The notes beneath the pieces are model-generated. The model was not told where the DNA came from. It saw only the letters and a list, made by a program, of their open reading frames with translations, and did no database searches. Made by a program: the position numbers and the translations under genes. A stretch of 64,000 bases of DNA, taken from Microcoleus sp. (lineage in GTDB: Bacteria; Cyanobacteriota; Cyanobacteriia; Cyanobacteriales; Microcoleaceae). The first letter of the stretch is position 1, and each line of letters begins with the position of its first letter. Below are positions 29,810-38,311 of this stretch, piece after piece. The stretch is taken from positions 6,278,703 through 6,342,702 of the forward strand of contig CP181291.1 of assembly GCA_052279835.1 (NCBI GenBank), given 5' to 3'.

Positions 29810-31698
29810 CGGTTTCTGCCTGATTTGTGAGTAGGATTTACGGCGGGGGTTTGGTCGGAGTTTGAGTCGGTTTTTTGGGGTGTATTGGTGGTGTCGCTGT
29901 TTGGTGCAGAATTTGAGTTGTTTCGGGTTTTGATGCTAATTTTGCTGCCGGAAATGAGGTTTGCTTGTCCGTCGATAACTACTCGATCGCCTGGTTTGAT
30001 TCCTTTGCGGATCACGTCGAGTCCGTTAATGCTAGGGCCGATGGTTACGGGCTGGTTTTCTACGGTCATGTCGGGTTTGACAACGAAGACAAATTGACCG
30101 TTGGGGCCGTTCTGCACTGCGCGATCGGGTATGACTGTGGCATTGGGTTCTTGGGTCAAAGTCAGGGTGGCATTTACGTATTGTCCGGGAAATAGTTTTC
30201 CTTCGGTATTGTCAAATTCGCCGCTGAGTTGAATTGTCCCGGTAGTTGTATCTACTGTATTGTTCACAAAGCTTAAAGCACCTTTAATGGGATGATTTAT
30301 ATTGTTGGGAAAGTTGATATCTACTGGTAGTTTGCCATTTTGGGCGTATTTTTGTACTTCGGATAAATTTGTTTCGGGAACCGAAAATACTACTTGGATC
30401 GGGTTAATTTGAGAAATTTTGACGAGGGCAGTATTGTTGCTGGGCTGTACTACGTTGCCTTCTGTGACTAAGATATCTCCCGCCAAACCGGCCATTGGGG
30501 CGTAAATTTTGGTATAGGACAAGAGGGCTTCGGCATTTTTGAGCGATCCTTCATCGGCTTTGACTACGGCTTCGGCATTCTGAATCGCGGCCAAATCGCC
30601 CTTTACTACAGCTTCGGCATTCAGAATGGCCACAGCGTCGCCTCTGACTACTGCCTGGGCGCTTTCAATTGCCATACGATCGCCCTTCACCACTGCCTCG
30701 GCATTCTGAATGGCCACGCGATCGCCCGCTACCACTGCTTGAGCGCTCTGAATGGCTTCTTGGTCTACTTGCAGGGTTGCAGCAGATGTCTGGGTGCTGG
30801 TAGCGTATTGTTGTGCTTGATCCTGGCTGATGGCGCCTTCTTTGTACAAACCGCTGTAACGGTTATTCTGTGCCTGGGCGTACTGTGAAGAGGCTCGATC
30901 TTTGGTGAGAGTTGCTTCTGCTTGCCGCACTAATCCAATGTCTTTTTGTAACGTGACTTTGGCTTGCTGGATCAGCCCCGTATCTTTTTGTAAAGTCGCC
31001 CTCGCTTGCTCGACAGCGGCCATGTCTTTCTGCATTGTGGCTCTGGCTTGTTGTATTTGCCCGGTGTCTTTTTCTAAAGTGGCTCTGGCTTGTTGCACCA
31101 GCGCTCGATCTTTGGCGACAACTCCTTGTGCTTGCTCGATTGCAGCTCTCTGGGTCCGATCGTCTAGGGTAAACAGCAGTTGTCCTTTGTTTACTTTCTG
31201 TCCTTTCTGGAAATGGACGGTGGTAATTCTGCCGCTGGCTTGGGGTGTGACGGAAACGGTATTTTGGGCTTGGACGCTGCCGATCGCTTGCAACTGTATT
31301 GGTACTGTTTTCTGAACTGCTTCTGCTACCGCTACAGGCGTTATTTGCGCACCTTTCCCCCCCAGCCGATCGGGTTTTTGTGATGGGGCTTTTGCTCGCA
31401 ATCCCACCACCACCACCCCAGCTACCAGGATTCCGCCCAGCAGCACCATACCAATTCGCCTCGCCGAAAAACCCCGGCGGCCCGTTAGCGAAGCTCTCGA
31501 AGAGGATCGCCCAGTTTCGCTGTCTGCGATCGGGCGATCGTCCCCCTCAGTCAAATTGCCGTCTAGCGGGGGTTGGCTGTCGATTTGAGGCGGATTGTTT
31601 TCTACCTGTGGTGCCGCTTCCGTTTGGGTCAAATTGCCTTCTAGTTCTGGCTTTTTGTCTGCCTGGGCGATATGGCCGTTGAGGGTTTCGCGAGTCAT
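29791..31698 (-). CDS. RND membrane fusion (periplasmic adaptor) protein with extended coiled coil
   Basis: TM anchor, lipoyl halves (GQKVNKGQLLF, IYAPMAG), LFPGQYV. Confidence 0.93.
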   Translation of the reverse strand: MTRETLNGHIAQADKKPELEGNLTQTEAAPQVENNPPQIDSQPPLDGNLTEGDDRPIADSETGRSSSRASLTGRRGFSARRIGMVLLGGILVAGVVVVGLRAKAPSQKPDRLGGKGAQITPVAVAEAVQKTVPIQLQAIGSVQAQNTVSVTPQASGRITTVHFQKGQKVNKGQLLFTLDDRTQRAAIEQAQGVVAKDRALVQQARATLEKDTGQIQQARATMQKDMAAVEQARATLQKDTGLIQQAKVTLQKDIGLVRQAEATLTKDRASSQYAQAQNNRYSGLYKEGAISQDQAQQYATSTQTSAATLQVDQEAIQSAQAVVAGDRVAIQNAEAVVKGDRMAIESAQAVVRGDAVAILNAEAVVKGDLAAIQNAEAVVKADEGSLKNAEALLSYTKIYAPMAGLAGDILVTEGNVVQPSNNTALVKISQINPIQVVFSVPETNLSEVQKYAQNGKLPVDINFPNNINHPIKGALSFVNNTVDTTTGTIQLSGEFDNTEGKLFPGQYVNATLTLTQEPNATVIPDRAVQNGPNGQFVFVVKPDMTVENQPVTIGPSINGLDVIRKGIKPGDRVVIDGQANLISGSKISIKTRNNSNSAPNSDTTNTPQKTDSNSDQTPAVNPTHKSGRNRQNKNN

Positions 31699-31897
31699 AA
31701 AAATTTGCGATTGATTCTAGCTTGTGAGCCCATCGTACAAAGGAGCGATCGGTCTTGGCATCGAACAGAAGTCATGACTTGACTGGTACAAAACTACTCA
31801 AGCGATGTGACTTTTTTCCTATGGGGGCTGGCTTAAATTAGTAGGAATGCTTCTAGGGCGATCGTCCAGCAATTTGTTAGACAGGAATAGTAGAAGG

Positions 31898-32180
31898 CAT
31901 TGGTGTCAACTTAATCTGAAATACCGATCGCGTCCAAATACCGCCAGGGGTTTAAACCCCTGGCTAATAGCGAAAGTCCTCTCAAAGAGGACTGAATAGT
32001 TCATTAGACATCTCTTATCATTCTTGTGTAACAGGCATCCTGCCTGTTCAAAACCTGCTTTTTATGAGATGTCTATTAGTCCTCTTTGAGAGGACTTCAG
32101 CTTTGAGGCAGGGGTTTAAACCCCTGCCGGACTGTCGGACTACAGGACTGCGGGTGTTGCCTGGAAAGTTGACACCAATG
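31898..32180. mobile_element. Three nested palindromic MITE-like elements
   Basis: Outer TIR cattggtgtcaactt/aagttgacaccaatg; middle caggggtttaaacccctg..agtcctctcaaagaggact arms; inner tagacatctc..gagatgtcta at 32005-32074. Confidence 0.8.
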
Positions 32181-32301
32181 GAAGGAACAAGAGGGAACCA
32201 GGAACAATAAACAAGAAGGAAGAAGAAAAATGTCGTGTCAACTCAACCCGCTCAATGATTCATCAGTGCAGTCAATTCTTCAATCTAAAATCTAAAATCC
32301 C

Positions 32302-33573
32302 ATGACCATCTCTAAAATTATAAAAATACCAGCATTCTCTTCACTCTGGGAGCTGGTTTGGGAACCTATGATGAATCGCCCGAACTACGAATCGTTTCCG
32401 CTGCTACTTTACTTAGAATGGCTGTTGCTAGGTACTGTCGCCTTGATGGAAATACTGCTGCCGTTCCAGTTATCTTGGTCGCTGTTGGTGCGAATGCTGA
32501 CGATCGCCCTTTTTGGTGCGATGAGTTTCATACTGCCCATAGGTTCAGCTTTGAAAAAATCTCTGTATACTGCTTTAGAATTCGGCTTGATTTTTTTACT
32601 CGCTAGTCAAGACAACTTATCGCCGCGATCGATCTTTCTGCTGTCCCTAGTCTTAGTATTGCGAAATTGCGTCGTATTTCGGCAAACCGGACAGTGGATT
32701 GTTCTGAGTTTAGCCTTAATTTTCTTTGGTACGCTATTTTTATCTCGACCCATCGCTCCCCAGCATATCATCACCACAGTGTGGAATTGGCGGTTAAATT
32801 CTGTATTGATGTTTGCGCTGACTTTAGTATTTGCTTTATTATTAGTTAATGCCCTGCTTGCCGAGCGTCAAAGTCGCGAACAGTTAGAAATTGTTCATGC
32901 AGAATTAGCGATCGCCCATGACCAACTCAGACAGTACGCCCTGCGAATTGAAAACCAAGCAACTTTGCAAGAACGCAACCGCATCGCCCGTGAAATTCAT
33001 GACGGACTCGGACATACTTTAGCAGCCCAAACTATTCAAATTAATAACGCTTTGCTATTTTGGGAATCCAGCAGTGAAAAAGCTCTCTCCTTTGTCAAAG
33101 CAGCTAAACAGTTAGGGGCGGAAGCTTTATTAGAAGTGCGGCGTTCTGTTTCTGTTTTGCGATCGAATCCGTTGCAAGGAAAATCCCTAGAATCCGCTAT
33201 CCAAAAATTGCTTGCTGACTTTCAGCAAACCACCGGGATTGTACCATCCTGTACGGTCAATTTATCCCTGTCCCTATCCCCGGAAATCAACACAACTTTG
33301 TACCGCATCGTGCAAGAATCGCTGACAAATATTAGCAAACACGCTCTAGCAACGGCTGTGGCTGTGGAAGTTCACCAGCACGGGGGTACAATTCACCTGT
33401 CGATCGAGGATAATGGCAGGGGATTTAACCCCAGTCAAAACACTACCGGATTTGGACTTCAAGGAATGCGAGAACGGACTGCTGCACTCGGTGGCGAATT
33501 TAATCTTTACAGTCAGCCCAAAGCTGGCTGCCGCATCAGCATTACATTTCCTTTATCAAAACTTTTGCCGTAG
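32302..33573 (+). CDS. Membrane sensor histidine kinase (HisKA_3 type)
   Basis: ERNRIAREIHDGLGH, QESLTN, DNGRGF, GFGLQGMRER; start may be 32368. Confidence 0.93.
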   Translation: MTISKIIKIPAFSSLWELVWEPMMNRPNYESFPLLLYLEWLLLGTVALMEILLPFQLSWSLLVRMLTIALFGAMSFILPIGSALKKSLYTALEFGLIFLLASQDNLSPRSIFLLSLVLVLRNCVVFRQTGQWIVLSLALIFFGTLFLSRPIAPQHIITTVWNWRLNSVLMFALTLVFALLLVNALLAERQSREQLEIVHAELAIAHDQLRQYALRIENQATLQERNRIAREIHDGLGHTLAAQTIQINNALLFWESSSEKALSFVKAAKQLGAEALLEVRRSVSVLRSNPLQGKSLESAIQKLLADFQQTTGIVPSCTVNLSLSLSPEINTTLYRIVQESLTNISKHALATAVAVEVHQHGGTIHLSIEDNGRGFNPSQNTTGFGLQGMRERTAALGGEFNLYSQPKAGCRISITFPLSKLLP

Positions 33574-33639
33574 CTTTATGCAACGCGATCGGTTATGACC
33601 TTCTTACTCGCTAAAATAATTGCTATGATTGCATTGACC

Positions 33640-33722
33640 TTCTTCCCTCTTCCTTCTTCCCTCTTCCTTCTTCCTTCTTCCCTCTTCCTTCTTCCTTCTT
33701 CCTTCTTCCTTCTTCCTTCTTC
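33640..33722. repeat. Heptamer tandem repeat (cttcctt)
   Basis: Pyrimidine 7-mer run upstream of the regulator ATG. Confidence 0.8.
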
Positions 33723-33726
33723 TTAT

Positions 33727-34377
33727 ATGATTCTGATTTTATTAGTAGATGACCAGCATATTATTCGCCAAGGACTCAAAAGTATGCTGGAATGCAATGG
33801 TGATATGCAAGTAATTGGCGAAGCAGAAAACGGGCAAAGGGCGATCGAACAAATTGCTTCCCTGCAACCGGATATTGTGCTGATGGACATCCGAATGCCT
33901 GTCATGGACGGTGTGGCCGCAACTCGCGCAATTTCTCAACAGTATCCAGACACCAAAGTTCTGGTTTTAACAACTTTTGATGATGACGAATACGTTTCCC
34001 AAGCCATGCGGCTGGGGGCAAAGGGCTATTTACTTAAAGATACTGAACCAGAGGAATTGGCCATGGCCATTCGAGCTGTTTATAAGGGACACACTCAACT
34101 GGGACCGGGATTGTTTGAAAAAGCTTTAGTGCCGCCTACAACTGCGACTTCTCCGGTAGAATTTTCCCCAGAATTAGCGCTGCTTACTGCTAGAGAGTTG
34201 GAAGTTTTGCGGTTAATTGCTTCGGGAGCAAATAACCGGGAGATTGCGGGAACGCTGTTTTTGTCGGAAAATACGGTAAAGAATTATGTGACTAATATTT
34301 TGAGCAGGTTAAATTTGCGCGATCGCACTCAAGCGGCTTTGTTTGCTCAGTCAGTGCGATCGCAACTGGGGAATTGA
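33727..34377 (+). CDS. NarL/LuxR family response regulator
   Basis: LVDDQ, MDIRMP, GYLLKD, LTARELEVL HTH; ATG at 33727. Confidence 0.93.
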   Translation: MILILLVDDQHIIRQGLKSMLECNGDMQVIGEAENGQRAIEQIASLQPDIVLMDIRMPVMDGVAATRAISQQYPDTKVLVLTTFDDDEYVSQAMRLGAKGYLLKDTEPEELAMAIRAVYKGHTQLGPGLFEKALVPPTTATSPVEFSPELALLTARELEVLRLIASGANNREIAGTLFLSENTVKNYVTNILSRLNLRDRTQAALFAQSVRSQLGN

Positions 34378-34394
34378 GAGCTTTGAATAGTTAT

Positions 34395-35207
34395 CTATTT
34401 CCCTGGTTGACCTGGTGGCGTAATATTAATTAACGGCAAGCTGCTGTTTCCTCCCATGACTGTGGGAAACTTACCATCCCATTTTTCAATTGCTTGCTGC
34501 TGCAAAATTTCTGGAGTTAATGTTAGTCGCTGCAAGCGCTGGGCTTCTGCTTGACCTTTAGCGCGGTTAATTTGGGCTTGAGCGTCTTGGGTTGCTTTTT
34601 GAACTGTAAATTCTGCTTGTTTGGCTTCTTGTTCTGCTATCTGTTTGGCTTCGATGGCTTTGCTAAATTCGGGAGAAAAGCCAAAATTTATCAAGGAAAC
34701 ATCTCTGACGATGACGCCGTAAGGCTCCAAACGTTTTTTGAGGCTGTTGTCGATTTCTGTTTTGAGTTCCGTCCGCTTAGTGATAATTTCTTCTGCTGTT
34801 TTTTTAGAAGTTGCTGCTTTGAGAACTTCGGAAATGGCCGGACTCAGAATGCTGGTGACAATTTGTTCTTCGTCTCCTACTTGTTGGAAAACTTGATTTG
34901 CTTTGGCGGGGTCGATGTTCCAGTTGACTGCTAAATCTGTACTAATTTTTTGCAAGTCTTTAGATGCAGCATCTGCTTTCATGTCTGTTTTTTGTACCCG
35001 CACGCTCAGGGTTTTTACAGAGGTGACGATGGGTAAAATCGGGTGGATGCCTTCATCTAAAATTGCGTCTTGAACTTTGCCGAAACGCATGATGACTCCG
35101 CGTTCCCCAGCACCTACTAGGGCAAAGGGTTTTAAGATCAGGGAGGTAATGACTAGGACAATGCCGCCGGCGATATAGAGACTCAGGTTGTAACGACGTA
35201 TTTTCAT
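34395..35207 (-). CDS. Prohibitin/SPFH (band 7) family protein
   Basis: GERGV, ASKDLQ, AIEAKQIAEQ, KWDG. Confidence 0.92.
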   Translation of the reverse strand: MKIRRYNLSLYIAGGIVLVITSLILKPFALVGAGERGVIMRFGKVQDAILDEGIHPILPIVTSVKTLSVRVQKTDMKADAASKDLQKISTDLAVNWNIDPAKANQVFQQVGDEEQIVTSILSPAISEVLKAATSKKTAEEIITKRTELKTEIDNSLKKRLEPYGVIVRDVSLINFGFSPEFSKAIEAKQIAEQEAKQAEFTVQKATQDAQAQINRAKGQAEAQRLQRLTLTPEILQQQAIEKWDGKFPTVMGGNSSLPLINITPPGQPGK

Positions 35208-35530
35208 GGGAAACACTATTTGTATAAATTTGTTAATTTGTATTAGGCTATTTAGCCCTTTCATTAAGATCGTAACTTGCTATTTAGGATATTGCCTTTC
35301 ATAAATTCATTTATTTGATTCATAAAAGTCATAGGGTTGTGAGTATCTAAAATTACCTTCACAGTGTCAGTAATCAGACTCTGACTAAAAAAATTAAGGG
35401 CTATCCGATCGCCTTCAGGGGGCAAATAAAATTTATACCCATCAAATATAAATAAATCAAGTTCAAAAATGCGGCAGAATAGGTTAAAGTTAGATGAGAG
35501 CGGTTGAATTGAGGTCAAATTGAGGTCTAA

Positions 35531-36184
35531 ATGCAGCAGCAACACCCTTGGCCAGAGACAATTGAAGAGGCGATCGCCATTCAAGAACAACTCCGGTCCT
35601 TGGTAATTGCCGAAAACCAACTGTCAACAGTGCGGTACGTTGCAGGGGTAGATGTGGGCTATCACAGTTCAGATGCGGTTTCGCAGGCTGCTGTAACGGT
35701 TCTGAGCTTTCCCGATTTACAGTTACAGCAGCAGGCGACGGCTTGTAGTGTGACTGCTTTCCCTTACGTTCCCGGCTTCCTGTCTTTTCGAGAAGTGCCT
35801 GCGGTTCTCCAGGCTTTAGAAAAGCTCGATCGGATGCCAGACTTAATATTGTGCGACGGTCAAGGGTTGGCTCATCCGCGCAGGTTCGGTCTGGCCTGCC
35901 ATTTGGGAGTTTTGACCTCAATTGCGACCATCGGAGTTGCTAAAACTCGATTTATTGGGGAACATTCAGATGTAGGTTTAGAGCGGGGGAGTTGGCAGCC
36001 TTTGCAAGATTGCGGACAAACCGTAGGTGCAGCACTGAGAACTCAAACAGGAGTAAAGCCGATTTATGTTTCGATCGGTCATAAGGTAAACTTAGTAAGT
36101 GCGATCGATTATGTGCTGCGCTGCGCCCTGAAATATCGCTTGCCAGAAACAACGCGATCAGCAGACCAGTTAACCTCTGGATAA
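35531..36184 (+). CDS. nfi: Endonuclease V (deoxyinosine 3' endonuclease)
   Basis: AGVDVGY, PYVPGFLSFRE, DGQGLAHPRRFG, RLPETTR. Confidence 0.95.
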   Translation: MQQQHPWPETIEEAIAIQEQLRSLVIAENQLSTVRYVAGVDVGYHSSDAVSQAAVTVLSFPDLQLQQQATACSVTAFPYVPGFLSFREVPAVLQALEKLDRMPDLILCDGQGLAHPRRFGLACHLGVLTSIATIGVAKTRFIGEHSDVGLERGSWQPLQDCGQTVGAALRTQTGVKPIYVSIGHKVNLVSAIDYVLRCALKYRLPETTRSADQLTSG

Positions 36185-36483
36185 TTGGCTAAGCCGGAAG
36201 ACATCCACAAAATCAAAAGTAAAAAGACAAAAAAGCATCCCTCTTTGGACTTTTGACTTTTAGTGATTGAGGTGTCGCCTGCTGTCAAAAAATCCTTTGA
36301 GTCGAGAAAGATTGGGTTTTTGGTTCCATCCTTCTAGCGAAATAAAAAATGACTATACCTGAGAAAGAGGTATCAAAGTCGAGAGATTGTTAGAGTAATT
36401 CAAAGACAGTAACTCGGTTAAAGATTGACTCAGGAAACTTACAGCGCCAAATGTGAAAGATTTTTGCTTCACATTGGTAAATT

Positions 36484-36587
36484 AGGACTTATGCAAGAAA
36501 AAACACAAGGAACCGGGTTTTTTAAATCTTGTCGCTGGCTGTAACGATGTTTTTTCGTAAAAAAAACCAGGCTTCTGCATAAGTCCT
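36484..36587. repeat. MITE-like element with TIR aggacttatgca/tgcataagtcct
   Basis: Terminal inverted repeats plus internal aaccggg arm; a half-site also occurs near 22890. Confidence 0.65.
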
Positions 36588-36757
36588 ATAAACTAATGAA
36601 CCGATCGTCCTTCTGGTCAAACCTATGGTTTAAACTGGTATGATGACGTTTCATAATTTACGGCCTGAAACCCGATCGCTGACTTGGATTACCAACTACA
36701 GTGGCAGACTAAGGTGCGATCGATCCAAACAATTAGAAAAAAAACAAGGAGACAGTC

Positions 36758-36988
36758 ATGGCTGAGAAAAGCAAACGCGGATTCGCTTCTATGGACGCAG
36801 AAAAACAGCGCGCAATTGCTAGCAAAGGCGGAAAAGCTGCCCACGCTAAAGGTACTGCTCACGAATTTACTTCGGAAGAAGCGAGACAAGCAGGTCAAAA
36901 AGGCGGCGAAGCTGTCAGCAGAAATCGGGAGCACATGGCTCAAATTGGTCGCGAAGGTGGCCGGAAAAGCCGCAAAACCGAAGCTTAA
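36758..36988 (+). CDS. KGG-repeat general stress protein
   Basis: RGFASMD, ASKGG, GQKGG, HMAQIGREGG; GGAG RBS. Confidence 0.9.
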   Translation: MAEKSKRGFASMDAEKQRAIASKGGKAAHAKGTAHEFTSEEARQAGQKGGEAVSRNREHMAQIGREGGRKSRKTEA

Positions 36989-37137
36989 GTCTGCTAGCAA
37001 TCCACACACTTAAGGAAATGTGGTTTGACAGTAGGATGAGTCAAGCAATTAGGCAACACTGTTGAGAGTAAAAAAAATTGCAGGCGCTAACAGCTTGCAA
37101 ACACCAATTTCTCTCTCGACAAAAGTCTATCGAATAG

Positions 37138-37165
37138 AAAAAAGCCCCCCTGGTGGGGCTTTTTT
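37138..37165 (+). terminator. Intrinsic (probably bidirectional) terminator
   Basis: aaaaaagcccc-cctggt-ggggcttttt hairpin. Confidence 0.75.
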
Positions 37166-37185
37166 GTTTGGATAATTATGGGTAA

Positions 37186-37657
37186 TTGACACTCCCCTGC
37201 CTGAAGGCGAGGGGATTCTTGGTTCTGCGACATACCTTAAAACTATCTATCCTTGCGGCAGTGTTTAAACCAGGTATCCGTTCAAAAGAACCAAATATCG
37301 AGCTTAATTTAGATAGCCTCAGAGGGTTTGTCTCCCCAAGCTTTCGAGAATTGCTTCTCTTGTTTCTGTGTGCCCCACAGTACATTTTAGAAATAAAAAG
37401 TTTAGTCTCTGATTTGGGCTTACATTAGTTAGCCCAGCTATGTTTTTCGTGGTTTTCGCCACCCACTAACCATTATTGTTTTCCGACCAGTCGTTTGAGC
37501 GTGGTGCGCACTGTGTATCGGCGGTTATTCTACCTGTAGTATAGTTATTTTACTCTACAATGAACACAATGCAAGAAAGTTCAAGAAAACACTTAACAAA
37601 AGTTGATAATTAATTAAAGCCGTCCTAGAAGGACGGGGCTTTAGACCCAATTTCTTG
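37186..37657 (-). mobile_element. Non-autonomous IS200/IS605 mini-element (IS608-type ends)
   Basis: Minus strand TTAC|caagaaattgggtctAAAGccccgtcc hairpin ... GAATcccctcgccttcaggcagggg-agtgTCAA; retains tnpB 3'-like actgtggggcacacag. Confidence 0.87.
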
Positions 37658-37693
37658 GTAAAATTTTTCTATATCTGAGGAAGCAACAAAATC

Positions 37694-38224
37694 ATGACAA
37701 ACCAGCTTACTTTAGAATGGACTGAGGCTGGGGTGCGTAAACATCAGACCATTGAAAACGGACAGCCGAGCAAAAATCTGGGAACGGTGAGAATCGGGCG
37801 CGACCCCGGTAAATGCGATCTAATTTTGTCCCATCCAACGGTATCGGGACTCCACATCGAAATATTTTTTAATCCCGCATCCCAGGAGTTTGAAGTGCGA
37901 AATTTGCGCCCAAGCAATCCGTCACTGGTAGATGGGAAAATTCTCGCCCAAGGGGAGGCAAAATTGAGGTCTGGTAGTCGCATCCGTTTAGGTGAAGTAG
38001 AACTGGAGGTGGTTTCGGTATCTGCGACGGAGGTTGGGATTGTGCCGACGGTGTTGCTATGGGAGAAACAGACTCAAGTTTCTGCCCAGCCCACAGTGCC
38101 TTCAACCTATGGTTTGCTGTGTCCTAAGTGTGCCCGCACTTCGCCCTATGCTCAATTGAGTGCTGGGTGTCCCTGGTGTGGTACTTCTTTGGCGGCGGCT
38201 GCTAGTGTGTTTCTTTCCCCTTAA
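37694..38224 (+). CDS. FHA domain protein with C-terminal Zn ribbon
   Basis: IGRD...VSGLH...N FHA motifs; CPKC...CPWC. Confidence 0.85.
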   Translation: MTNQLTLEWTEAGVRKHQTIENGQPSKNLGTVRIGRDPGKCDLILSHPTVSGLHIEIFFNPASQEFEVRNLRPSNPSLVDGKILAQGEAKLRSGSRIRLGEVELEVVSVSATEVGIVPTVLLWEKQTQVSAQPTVPSTYGLLCPKCARTSPYAQLSAGCPWCGTSLAAAASVFLSP

Positions 38225-38311
38225 TCGCAGTTGAAGTCAGGGGAGATTAGGGCCTAGACTTAACTTTAAACAATTGCAGATGCTACGATCGCGGATGTTT
38301 TAACAATAGTC

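Noticed and set aside
33595..33726. N-terminal LPSS-repeat extension of the response regulator
   Set aside because: Read-through of the cttcctt repeat; the REC domain starts at 33727
35264..35620. 118-aa minus-strand ORF
   Set aside because: Overlaps nfi on the opposite strand and the probable divergent promoter; no motif
37420..37525. ZTP (pfl) riboswitch-like words on the minus strand
   Set aside because: Only scattered short matches, inside an IS remnant and not upstream of a purine gene
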